From assembly GCA_964013535.1 (NCBI GenBank), contig CAXGWS010000001.1:128861-192860 (forward strand): a stretch of 64,000 bases of DNA, in the 5' to 3' direction. The position numbers and the translations under genes were made by a program. Positions 27,829 through 36,807 of this stretch are shown here, in pieces. Source of the DNA: an uncultured Candidatus Poseidoniales archaeon (GTDB lineage Archaea > Thermoplasmatota > Poseidoniia > Poseidoniales > Poseidoniaceae). Below the pieces are notes generated by a model. It was not told the DNA's origin. It did not search any database and saw only the letters and a program-made list of their open reading frames with translations. The first letter of the stretch is position 1; every line of letters begins with the position of its first letter.

Positions 27829-28833
27829 CTAATCAAATCCTGCGCGTGCTTGTTCCATATACTCATGTGCCCAATCCTCGCCTGCAGCAACTAATCGCCT
27901 CGCAACAAAGAATGCCTCTGAATAATTCTGTTGCTGTAAGAGGTGAACTAAATTTTGCTCTTCTTTATTGGAAACCAATGGACTGACCTCCTCAACGAAA
28001 TCATCATCTTGTGTTGAATTAGAAACCCGACTTGCTAATGATACCATCTGATCTAAAAATTCCTTACGCTTAGACACCGGTGGTTTAGTCCAAGCATTGC
28101 TAGTACTGCCATCCATTTTTGCAGTTAATCTAGTCATATATTCATCCCGAACATTGCTATGTGAACGTAATGTTTGGACATGGTCATAACAAATCCATGC
28201 TTCTTCCGTTTGATTGGTTCGTTCATATAATCGTCCAAGTTCAAGCCACAATTCATGATTTTGAGGTCGATGTGCCAATAAATTCCTCGCTAAATCAACA
28301 AATAGTTCAGTTTGTCCTGAGTCTCGAATCCTCTCTATCCTTCTACCAAAGATTATGTTCGCTCTCTGGTCGCTAAAATCTAATCTTTTGCATCGGTCTA
28401 CGAATTGGTCCAAAGTTTCAATTTGGTGTTCGGGTGAATTCAATTGTTGCCACCAAACATCGGGATTTAGTGGGTCTCTAGCAAAGGCTGCTTCCAATAA
28501 TTCGATACCAAACTGTAGAAAATCAATGTTGCTTAGTTGCTCTACTTGTTCCGGATCACGACCTAATATCGAAAATAAATCCTCCAGCACGGCGCTTAGA
28601 CCTTCTGCGTCTCCGACTATTACCTTGATGTCTGCTAAACATCGCCAGTTATTTTCTTCAGTGAAGTCATACAGTATAGCTTGACGTGCATTCTGCTCCG
28701 CCCATGCAATATTATCGGTAAATCGTGACTCATCCATAACGGCTAATTTTGCAAACTTTTTGGCTTGCGACCGGTACCTATTACCAAGGTTTCTTCTTGG
28801 ATGTTGTAAGAGGTCCTTACTGTCCTCTCCCAC
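27829..28833 (-). CDS. Helical-repeat (TPR-like) protein, hypothetical
   Basis: ATG start; 334 aa; helical repeats such as 'ELWLELGRLYERTNQTEEAWICYDHV'; zero-gap junction with the downstream Nudix gene. Confidence 0.5.
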   Translation of the reverse strand: MGEDSKDLLQHPRRNLGNRYRSQAKKFAKLAVMDESRFTDNIAWAEQNARQAILYDFTEENNWRCLADIKVIVGDAEGLSAVLEDLFSILGRDPEQVEQLSNIDFLQFGIELLEAAFARDPLNPDVWWQQLNSPEHQIETLDQFVDRCKRLDFSDQRANIIFGRRIERIRDSGQTELFVDLARNLLAHRPQNHELWLELGRLYERTNQTEEAWICYDHVQTLRSHSNVRDEYMTRLTAKMDGSTSNAWTKPPVSKRKEFLDQMVSLASRVSNSTQDDDFVEEVSPLVSNKEEQNLVHLLQQQNYSEAFFVARRLVAAGEDWAHEYMEQARAGFD

Positions 28834-28842
28834 TCCAACACC

Positions 28843-30114
28843 TCATTGTACAGACATGAATCCCGATTTGTCAGCATCAAAAGCAATGGTTGCATCGAAA
28901 CCGACTTTGGCAGTGGTGCCATCAGCATTTCTTGATGGGTCGAGTGAACTGCCCTTTTGGTTTGACAGGATTATTGTATCACGGTCTGGTTGCCATCTAG
29001 TAACCATTGCCCATTCAACTCTAACTGGGTCTGCGATGTCAATATCTTCGTCCACAATGGTTACCATCTTCATGCTTTTATGGCCAGCGAGTGCCGCTTC
29101 GATTGCTTTCCTACCATCGTCGTGGTGCTTTTTGCGTATCTTTACCACCGCAGCCAACCATCCACAACCACCTTCTGTCATATGAACATCTAAGCACTCG
29201 CAAACTTTTGACACGGCATCCTTGATTGTTGGTGAACGTGGCAATCCCATGAGAGTCTTGTGTTCGGCCTCACCAGGAATTAGTGCGTGGAAAATAGGGT
29301 TATTCCTGTGCACTAAACCGTCAAATTCGATTACAGGTTCTTGTCTGACATCATCTAAAGTACCAGTGATATCAACATACGGCCCTTCATCATCATTGTC
29401 AAGAGTTATCTTACCCCAAAAGACATATTCTGCTGATGCTGGTACATCAATACCATTAGGCATTTTTGTCAGTCTCAATGGCTTATTGTATAGTTTCTCG
29501 TGTAAGGCTGCGGCAATAGTTAACTCGTCAATATTTTCATCAAAAGACATTGCTGCTGCAAGCAATACTACGGGGTCGGGGGCGTTTACAACTGCAACAT
29601 CAACAGTTTCACCATTTTCTCTAGCCGTTGTCATCATAGTACGCAAATGACGTGGCACCAATCTTACAACTGTGTGATTTTTATCGCGTAAAAATTGACG
29701 GTGAAAGGACATGTTTCTGATACCATTGTATTGGGCTATTATCACACTGGCCGATGAATAACGCCCTCTGTCTTGCGGCCAGTGGTGTGGAATAGGAATT
29801 TTTTGTAAATCTACCTCCTCTTGAGTGTTCTCATAGCATTCTGCCTGAGAAGGGTCAACAATTTGTGGAGTTGCTGGGTTTTCCATTGCCCATGCAAGGG
29901 TGTCAATGTATTCTTCTGGAGTTATTCCTATTGCTGCACATAATCTCTCTCTAGTTAGTAGGTTAACTGCAGCCCGGTGGCCCGGAATTTCGCTGATATT
30001 ATCAAATACTAACAGTGGATGATTGTTTTTCCTCGAAAAGTCCCACATTCCTTGAATTATGCTGACAGGTTGTGAGATTATATCTGCGGCACCGAGATGG
30101 TCTCTAAAGGCCAT
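28843..30114 (-). CDS. UbiD-family (prFMN-dependent) decarboxylase
   Basis: 'FRDHLGAADII', 'PLLVFDNISEIPGHRAAVNLLTRERL'; 423 aa, typical of archaeal UbiD homologues. Confidence 0.88.
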   Translation of the reverse strand: MAFRDHLGAADIISQPVSIIQGMWDFSRKNNHPLLVFDNISEIPGHRAAVNLLTRERLCAAIGITPEEYIDTLAWAMENPATPQIVDPSQAECYENTQEEVDLQKIPIPHHWPQDRGRYSSASVIIAQYNGIRNMSFHRQFLRDKNHTVVRLVPRHLRTMMTTARENGETVDVAVVNAPDPVVLLAAAMSFDENIDELTIAAALHEKLYNKPLRLTKMPNGIDVPASAEYVFWGKITLDNDDEGPYVDITGTLDDVRQEPVIEFDGLVHRNNPIFHALIPGEAEHKTLMGLPRSPTIKDAVSKVCECLDVHMTEGGCGWLAAVVKIRKKHHDDGRKAIEAALAGHKSMKMVTIVDEDIDIADPVRVEWAMVTRWQPDRDTIILSNQKGSSLDPSRNADGTTAKVGFDATIAFDADKSGFMSVQ

Positions 30115-30268
30115 ACCACCGCCACTTGAGTCAATGGCTTAACCTTTCATATCAAATGGTTCCATTTTTATCTCAAAATTACTACAAATTCATTTATTCA
30201 GTCGTCACTTTTTACCTCTTCAAGGGTCGTTGTTAAATAGGGGCTTCAAGTCGGCGAAGTGCTTCAAT

Positions 30269-30274
30269 GAGGTG
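30269..30274 (+). promoter_or_regulatory. Shine-Dalgarno-like GAGGTG upstream of rps12
   Basis: 6 nt before ATG 30281; complementary to the conserved archaeal 16S 3' end (..GAUCACCUCC). Confidence 0.5.
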
Positions 30275-30280
30275 TATCAC

Positions 30281-30709
30281 ATGGGTAGAGGGCTATTCGC
30301 AGGTGCAAAGATGGCAAAAGACCGACAAAAATTTCGTTGGTCAGATCGAAGATACAAGAAGCGTATGCTAAAATCAAGAGCAAAGCATGACCCTCTTGCA
30401 GGTTCAACTCAAGCGAAGGGTATTGTCGTTGAAAAGGTTGGCATTGAAGCTAAACAACCAAATTCCGGAATTCGTAAAGCCGTCAAAATTTCTTTGATAA
30501 AAAACGGAAATAAACTCACCGCTTTCGCTCCCGGTGATGGCGCTATCAACTTTATTGATGAACACGATGAAGTGATGGTGGAAGGTATCGGTGGCCGTAT
30601 GGGTCGTTCATATGGTGACATACCTGGTGTAAGATACAAAGTCATTCAGGTCAACGGTGTATCCCTTGACGAAATGGTAAGAGGCCGTAAGGAGAAGCCT
30701 GTTAGATGA
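30281..30709 (+). CDS. rps12: Ribosomal protein uS12
   Basis: '[23 protein letters not shown]', '[12 protein letters not shown]'; ATG 30281 with GAGGTG 6 nt upstream. Confidence 0.95.
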   Translation: MGRGLFAGAKMAKDRQKFRWSDRRYKKRMLKSRAKHDPLAGSTQAKGIVVEKVGIEAKQPNSGIRKAVKISLIKNGNKLTAFAPGDGAINFIDEHDEVMVEGIGGRMGRSYGDIPGVRYKVIQVNGVSLDEMVRGRKEKPVR

Positions 30710-30713
30710 GGTG
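30708..30713 (+). promoter_or_regulatory. Shine-Dalgarno-like GAGGTG upstream of rps7, overlapping the rps12 stop
   Basis: 5 nt before ATG 30719. Confidence 0.5.
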
Positions 30714-30718
30714 TTTTT

Positions 30719-31348
30719 ATGAGTGAAGTTGAGATGGAACAAGAGACAACACCACAACAAGAAGAAGTCAAGCCAATCGCTGGGATTGGCACCCTAGTAT
30801 TTGGTAAATGGGATGCCTCTGAGGTAACCTGCAAAGACCCTGGATTGGCTCCATACATCAACTTGACAACTGTCGGTGTCCCACACACCGGCGGCAGACA
30901 CGCTAATGCCTGGTTCGGCAAGTCAAAACTTTCAGTAGTTGAGAGATATATCAACAAACTGATGAGAACTGGCCCTTACACAGGAAAGAAGCAAGGGGCA
31001 ATGAAAGCCTTCGAAACCGCTCTAGATAGCATCGCTGACAAATCTGGAGAGAATCCACTGCAAACCTTTGTCGATGCCATTTGCAATGGTGCGCCAATGG
31101 AAGAAATTACCAGAATCAAGTTTGGTGCTGTTTCACAACCAAAAGCCGTGGATTCATCTCCCTCAAGAAGACTTGACGTTGCTTTGAGAAACCTTGCCAA
31201 GGGTGCACAACAAGGCACACACAAGTCAAAGAGAACTTTGACAAGCTGCATAATCAACGAATTGACAAAAGCCGCAAATGGCGATGTCACATCTTTTGCA
31301 GTGTCCAAGAAAGAAGAACTTGAGAGAATCGCAGCATCTGCAAGATGA
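30719..31348 (+). CDS. rps7: Ribosomal protein uS7
   Basis: 'GENPLQTFVDAICNGAPMEE', 'KKEELERIAASAR' C-terminus; follows rps12. Confidence 0.95.
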   Translation: MSEVEMEQETTPQQEEVKPIAGIGTLVFGKWDASEVTCKDPGLAPYINLTTVGVPHTGGRHANAWFGKSKLSVVERYINKLMRTGPYTGKKQGAMKAFETALDSIADKSGENPLQTFVDAICNGAPMEEITRIKFGAVSQPKAVDSSPSRRLDVALRNLAKGAQQGTHKSKRTLTSCIINELTKAANGDVTSFAVSKKEELERIAASAR

Positions 31349-31400
31349 TTCTGATTCCTCGACCGCTTAGATTTAAGTAATGGTCTGAGGGTTGCAAACT

Positions 31401-32237
31401 ATGCGTTTGTATTTCGGTTACGGATCAAATCTAGATTTTGATGATTGGTCCAAATGGTGCAGAAAAAATAATGCCAGTCCTGATGGCTTATCAGAACTAA
31501 AACGTGCATTCTTACCCGGATACTCAATCAACTACAGTCACTATTCCAGCGGGAGAAAGGGTGGTGCTGCTAACATAATAGCGACTGGAAATTTATCAGT
31601 CGGTGTTTATGGTGTGCTGTTTGAGGTCAATCAAGAAAGTCAATCATCACTTGATGATAAGGAAGGTCACCCAAATCATTACCATCAAATTGAGGTTTCC
31701 GTGATTGGTGAAACCGGTGAAACAATCAGTGCTGTAACCTACATTTCAACGAAATATGAATTAGGTAGTTTCTTTCCACCAACTGACAATTATCATCAAT
31801 TAGTCGACAGCGGTTTGCATAGGCGACACATGCCTACTCGATTCATACAAGCTGCAAGAGAAAATTTTGACACGAGTGATTCCGGATACATCATCGCATA
31901 TGGAACTCTAAAACGAGGCCAATCAAGAGAGCAAATAATGCCAGGTGAATATGTATGCGACGGCATAGTGAACGGCAAATTGTATGACCTTGGACCGTTT
32001 CCTGGATTGGTGGCAGGAGACATGGCAGTTACTTGCGAAGTCTATTTTTGTGATACAATGAACTCCAGCATAGAATACTTAGACCAAATCGAGGGCGCAA
32101 ATTTAGTACCCCCGCTTTATGAGAAAAAAATCATACCGGTTAAATGTGATGACGGTAAATTGAGGTTCGGTATTTGCTATTTTTACTGTGGTGACACAGC
32201 TGAACAAGACATCATTGAAAATGGTGTTTGGCAATGA
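31401..32237 (+). CDS. Tandem gamma-glutamylcyclotransferase-fold (AIG2/GGCT-like) protein
   Basis: Two modules, each beginning with a family-typical 'YFGYGSNL' or 'AYGTLKRG' motif. ATG 31401 preferred over TTG 31392. Confidence 0.7.
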   Translation: MRLYFGYGSNLDFDDWSKWCRKNNASPDGLSELKRAFLPGYSINYSHYSSGRKGGAANIIATGNLSVGVYGVLFEVNQESQSSLDDKEGHPNHYHQIEVSVIGETGETISAVTYISTKYELGSFFPPTDNYHQLVDSGLHRRHMPTRFIQAARENFDTSDSGYIIAYGTLKRGQSREQIMPGEYVCDGIVNGKLYDLGPFPGLVAGDMAVTCEVYFCDTMNSSIEYLDQIEGANLVPPLYEKKIIPVKCDDGKLRFGICYFYCGDTAEQDIIENGVWQ

Positions 32238-32286
32238 TATAGACCAACGCAGTAGTATCATTACATGCGAGTTGCTTAAGAACCCC

Positions 32287-32291
32287 TTTTT
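32287..32291 (+). terminator. Oligo-T tract (T5) downstream of the GGCT-like gene
   Basis: 'cccctttttag', 50 nt after the stop at 32237. Archaeal RNAP terminates at oligo-T, but this tract is short. Confidence 0.25.
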
Positions 32292-32314
32292 AGTGGCCAA
32301 CAACATCGAGAAGT

Positions 32315-32319
32315 GGTGA
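32315..32319 (+). promoter_or_regulatory. Shine-Dalgarno-like GGTGA upstream of fusA
   Basis: 4 nt before ATG 32324. Confidence 0.5.
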
Positions 32320-32323
32320 ACAC

Positions 32324-34531
32324 ATGGGCCGAAAAGAAGACAATATCAAGAAAGCAACAGAAGTAATGCACGTATTACCACAGATTCGTAATCTGTGTAT
32401 CGCTGCACACATTGACCATGGAAAGACAACTCTATCAGATAATCTAATTGCTGGCGCAGGAATGATGTCTAGTGATTTGGCCGGTGCTGCACGTGTTCTT
32501 GACTTCGACGAGCAAGAATCCGCACGTGGAATTACCATCAACGCTGCATCTGCATCCATGGTTCACCAAGTCGATGGAACTGACTATCTGATTAACCTAA
32601 TCGATACACCGGGTCACGTCGACTTTGGGGGCGACGTAACAAGAGCAATGCGTGCCGTAGATGGTTGTTTCATCTTGGCTTGTGCTGTAGAAGGACCTAT
32701 GCCACAAACTGAAACTGTTGTGAGGCAAGCACTGAAAGAGAAAGTTAAGCCAGTTTTGTTCATCAATAAAGTTGACCGACTAATCAACGAACTTCAAGTC
32801 ACACCAGAGGACATGATGGAGAGATTCAAAGGAACTATTACCAAAGTAAACAAATTGATTAAACAATTCGCTCCTGAAGAATTCAAGAAGAGCTGGCAAG
32901 TTAGTGTTGGCGATGGAACTGTGGCATTTGGTTCAGCCTATCACAACTGGGGAATCACTGTTCCATACATGCAGAAGTCTGGAATTTCGTTCAAAGATAT
33001 CTTTGAATACTGTAACAATGAACAACAGAAAGAACTTGCACAGAAGGCGCCAGTACACGAAGTTCTGCTCGACATGTCCGTAACCAAACTACCGAGTCCT
33101 GTAGAGGCTCAGCCATACCGTATTCCTAACATTTGGACTGGTGACTTAGACTCAGCGATTGGAAAATCAATGATTGGTTGTGACCCAGAGGCAGAATTAG
33201 CCATGATGATTACCAAGATTTGGATGGATCCTCACGCTGGTGAGGTTGCCGTTGGACGAATTTATTCCGGTGCAGTAAGTCAAGGTGAATCTGTATTTGC
33301 CATTGGTGCTGCTAAACCTGAGCGTGTTCAACAAGTAAGTATGATGGTTGGAGGTGACAGAATTACCGTGCCAAAGGTAGTTGCAGGTAACATCGCTGCT
33401 CTAACAGGTATTCGATCTGCTGCTGCGGGTGTAACACTATCTAAGGACAAAGATTTCACACCTTTCGAAGCAATTAGACACTACTCTGAACCTGTTGTCA
33501 CTGTTGCTGTTGAACCTAAGAGTATGAAGGATTTGCCGAAATTTATCGATGCCCTGAGAGCATTAGCAAAATCAGACGCATCTCTTCAAGTAACCACAAA
33601 TCAAGAAACGGGTGAGGCTCTACTGGCTGGTATGGGTGAACTTCATTTAGAAATCACAGTCTATCGTATTGAAGAAGAACAAAACATCAAGGTAAAAGTT
33701 AGCCCACCAATCGTGGTATACCGAGAAGGTATTGAAGGCAACAACCACGGAAGACCATTTGAAGGAAAATCACCGAACCGACACAACAGATTCTACTTTG
33801 AGGTTGAACAATTGCCGATTGAAGTTATTGAGGCTTTGAAATCTGGTGAACTTGGTGATGGTCCAGTTAGATCAAAGGACGCAAAAGAAGTTGGTAATAA
33901 ATTCGGAGAACATGGAATGGACAAAGATTTGATGAGGAAGATTTACGCTATCAAGGGAACTAACGTTTTGGTAAACGACACTAAAGGTATTCAAAACCTA
34001 CACGAAACCCGTGAACTAATCATCGAAGCATTCAACGAAGTCTGTGTTAAAGGGCCGATAGCTGACGAACCAGTTCAAGGAATGTTCGTTAGACTTGTCG
34101 ATGCTAAACTACACGAAGACGCTATCCACCGAGGACCTGCACAAACTATTCCTGCTGTAAGAAACGGTATCAAAGGTGCCATGATGAGAGCAAGAACGAT
34201 CATTATGGAACCAATGCAAAAGGCATTCGTTTCAGTTCCAAACGATTGGCTTGGACAAGTAACCAGAGAAGTAACCAACCGTAGAGGTATCATTGAAGAC
34301 ATGCCATCTGATGGCGATGTGACTACTGTAGTTGGAATTATTCCAATTGCAGAAACATTCGGTTTCTCCAATGACATCAGAGCAGCATCGCAAGGTAGAG
34401 CAGTTTGGAATACTGAAAATCTTGGGTTCGACCCACTACCACCACAACTGTTTGACAAGGTCGTGGGCGAGATTCGAACAAGAAAAGGACTCAAGCCGGA
34501 ACCAAATCCAGAATCATACTACTCTGATTGA
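32324..34531 (+). CDS. fusA: Elongation factor 2 (aEF-2)
   Basis: G1 'AHIDHGKTT', G3 'DTPGH', 'NKVDR', diphthamide loop 'HEDAIHRGPAQ'; GGTGA 4 nt upstream. Confidence 0.97.
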   Translation: MGRKEDNIKKATEVMHVLPQIRNLCIAAHIDHGKTTLSDNLIAGAGMMSSDLAGAARVLDFDEQESARGITINAASASMVHQVDGTDYLINLIDTPGHVDFGGDVTRAMRAVDGCFILACAVEGPMPQTETVVRQALKEKVKPVLFINKVDRLINELQVTPEDMMERFKGTITKVNKLIKQFAPEEFKKSWQVSVGDGTVAFGSAYHNWGITVPYMQKSGISFKDIFEYCNNEQQKELAQKAPVHEVLLDMSVTKLPSPVEAQPYRIPNIWTGDLDSAIGKSMIGCDPEAELAMMITKIWMDPHAGEVAVGRIYSGAVSQGESVFAIGAAKPERVQQVSMMVGGDRITVPKVVAGNIAALTGIRSAAAGVTLSKDKDFTPFEAIRHYSEPVVTVAVEPKSMKDLPKFIDALRALAKSDASLQVTTNQETGEALLAGMGELHLEITVYRIEEEQNIKVKVSPPIVVYREGIEGNNHGRPFEGKSPNRHNRFYFEVEQLPIEVIEALKSGELGDGPVRSKDAKEVGNKFGEHGMDKDLMRKIYAIKGTNVLVNDTKGIQNLHETRELIIEAFNEVCVKGPIADEPVQGMFVRLVDAKLHEDAIHRGPAQTIPAVRNGIKGAMMRARTIIMEPMQKAFVSVPNDWLGQVTREVTNRRGIIEDMPSDGDVTTVVGIIPIAETFGFSNDIRAASQGRAVWNTENLGFDPLPPQLFDKVVGEIRTRKGLKPEPNPESYYSD

Positions 34532-34536
34532 GCAAC

Positions 34537-34998
34537 ATGACAGCCAAAGTTATTGGCTTACACATCTCCAACGGAGGAGTTCCCAAACTTCCAGTTGAAC
34601 TACTAGAAGTAAAGGAATCTGGATGCTTGGGAGATAAGCAAAACGACCTTAGATATCACGGAGGTACAAACAAAGCAGTTTGTATATTTCAGAGTGAAAT
34701 CATTGAACAGTTAAACGATGTTGGCCATCCAATTACTGCAGGAACCACTGGTGAAAATATCTTAATCAGCGGAATTTCAATTGGAGAACTTGCTCCAGGT
34801 ACAAAGGTGATATTTCCCAATGTTGAACTGATAATAACTCAAGACGCACCACCTTGTAAAACTATCAAAGAATCGTTTCTGGATGGATATTTTAACGCAA
34901 TATCCCACAAGAAAAACCCCAACATCACTCGTTGGTACGCTAAGGTAATCAAAGAAGGGATTGTTGAGTTAGATGATGCTGTTGAGATTATCAACTAA
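34537..34998 (+). CDS. MOSC-domain protein
   Basis: 'GDKQNDLRYHGGTNKAV' and conserved Cys 'APPCKT'; ~153 aa. Confidence 0.75.
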   Translation: MTAKVIGLHISNGGVPKLPVELLEVKESGCLGDKQNDLRYHGGTNKAVCIFQSEIIEQLNDVGHPITAGTTGENILISGISIGELAPGTKVIFPNVELIITQDAPPCKTIKESFLDGYFNAISHKKNPNITRWYAKVIKEGIVELDDAVEIIN

Positions 34999-36763
34999 TC
35001 CTGTTTAATTGGTAGTCAGTTAATTCACGCAGTGCTAGCAGTGCCGGACTATCTGGTAATCTATCTAGGCATGCATGGGCTTTTTTGTGATACATCTCGG
35101 CTTTCTTACGAGCATAATCAACTGAGCCAATATTTTTCAAAGCGGCCAATCCTAAGTCTATTTCAGATTGAGTCGCAGATTCCCCTTTACCGAGTACCGC
35201 TTTAAGATCATCAAGAGCCGGCGATTTTGGTTGTGATAACGCATGTATTACCATCAAAGTCCGCTTACCTTGGGCCAAGTCTGAACCTGCCGGTTTACCA
35301 AGCGTATTTGAATCAGATAAAACATCAATCAAATCATCCATTAGTTGGAAACACAAACCAACTGCAAGACCCCAATCAGCCATGCACTGTATTGTTTCAT
35401 CATCAGCGCCAGACATTCGAGCCCCAACTTCTGCACAAGTCAAGAACATAACTGCAGTTTTCCCCTCAATCATTTCGAAGTAATCATCCTCAGACACTGC
35501 TATGCGATCTTCAAATTCTATATCCAATTGCTGTCCTTCACTAACTCTCCTAACCATCCAAGCCAAGCGGTTTACCATCGGACCTACATCTTTATGCTCA
35601 AGTCCTTTTGCTCCCACCAAGCGTTCGAAGGCGATTGCCAACATGGCATCACCTGCATTTATTGCGGTCGGAAGGCCATACTCAATGTGCACTGCATTTA
35701 ATCCTCTCCTAGTATCATCATCATCCATGATGTCATCGTGTACAAGAGTAAAATTATGAACGATCTCAATCGCCGAACCAACATCCAATAGACCTGAATG
35801 TGAGTTGCCAACAGCCTTGCCGACTAACCATGGAAGCGTTGCCCGTAGACGCTTGCCACCTCCTTCAATTAGATGCATCATGGCATTAGAAAGACGTGAA
35901 TGCTTAGAAGCACATAGACTATCAGAAATCCTTTGCTCAACTAATGATTTAACTTCGCCGATAGATGTGCTCAAACCTGCTCCCTTTGCATAGGTCAACA
36001 TATGTGACACATCACCCATATCGTGGATGACTCCGTCTCTTAACTTGAGTAGCTTGTCCTCGTCCCCGACAGAATCCCACCATTCATCTGTCATCACTCG
36101 ACTTGCTATACATCTAAACCACGGAGCGATTTCACCACCAACATCCTTTTCACCGATTAGTATTGAATCGAGTTCTTCTTGGGATACCCACATTATTTCA
36201 GATACTTCATTTGTATTGATTGAAACATTAACATCAGCCTGAATTACCAAGATGTGGTCAATTTCACGTTCTATCCAATCTTCATCCATCCTCGCCGAGT
36301 ACATCATTTTAGTAACGAAATGGAAATCTTTCACATCCAACTCATTTGGATTAATTCCTAATTCTTGATGCAGTTTTCTTATCGCAGCTCGCTTAACGCC
36401 TATGGCGTTGTCTAAATCTGATTCTTCATCAGAATGTAAAGGATGCGAGCAACAAGAGTTTGCCCACACACCGGGGAAAGTGACTTTATCAGATGCTCTT
36501 TTTTGTAGTAGTAATTTACGATTCTTATCGAATAATAGTACACTGAACGCTCTGTGTAACATTCCTGCTTGGTAATGGGCCGATACTTTTGATGCATGTC
36601 CGATTTGTTGATCATTTTCATCAACAACTATGACTGCCTCCGACATCAGTGAAATTTGTTCATCATCTGCAGAATTTTCACGCAGCATCTGCTGCAAATT
36701 TGCATCGATTTCAACCGACGGAACATCAGCTATCTTGTATCCAGCCAAGTCATCACCGTACAT
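34991..36763 (-). CDS. Bifunctional fusion of type-1 isopentenyl-diphosphate isomerase (N-terminal) and geranylgeranyl/polyprenyl diphosphate synthase (C-terminal)
   Basis: IDI1 blocks 'LHRAFSVLLFD..LLLQKRA..KVTFPGVWANSCCSHPL', 'WIEREIDHIL', 'IAPWFRCIA'. Prenyl synthase FARM 'LVHDDIMDDDDTRRG' and SARM 'FQLMDDLIDV'. One uninterrupted 590-aa frame. Confidence 0.85.
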   Translation of the reverse strand: MYGDDLAGYKIADVPSVEIDANLQQMLRENSADDEQISLMSEAVIVVDENDQQIGHASKVSAHYQAGMLHRAFSVLLFDKNRKLLLQKRASDKVTFPGVWANSCCSHPLHSDEESDLDNAIGVKRAAIRKLHQELGINPNELDVKDFHFVTKMMYSARMDEDWIEREIDHILVIQADVNVSINTNEVSEIMWVSQEELDSILIGEKDVGGEIAPWFRCIASRVMTDEWWDSVGDEDKLLKLRDGVIHDMGDVSHMLTYAKGAGLSTSIGEVKSLVEQRISDSLCASKHSRLSNAMMHLIEGGGKRLRATLPWLVGKAVGNSHSGLLDVGSAIEIVHNFTLVHDDIMDDDDTRRGLNAVHIEYGLPTAINAGDAMLAIAFERLVGAKGLEHKDVGPMVNRLAWMVRRVSEGQQLDIEFEDRIAVSEDDYFEMIEGKTAVMFLTCAEVGARMSGADDETIQCMADWGLAVGLCFQLMDDLIDVLSDSNTLGKPAGSDLAQGKRTLMVIHALSQPKSPALDDLKAVLGKGESATQSEIDLGLAALKNIGSVDYARKKAEMYHKKAHACLDRLPDSPALLALRELTDYQLNRIS

Positions 36764-36807
36764 TGCAGTAGAACTCGATAAATGAATAGTTCCCCTATCG
36801 AATTATT

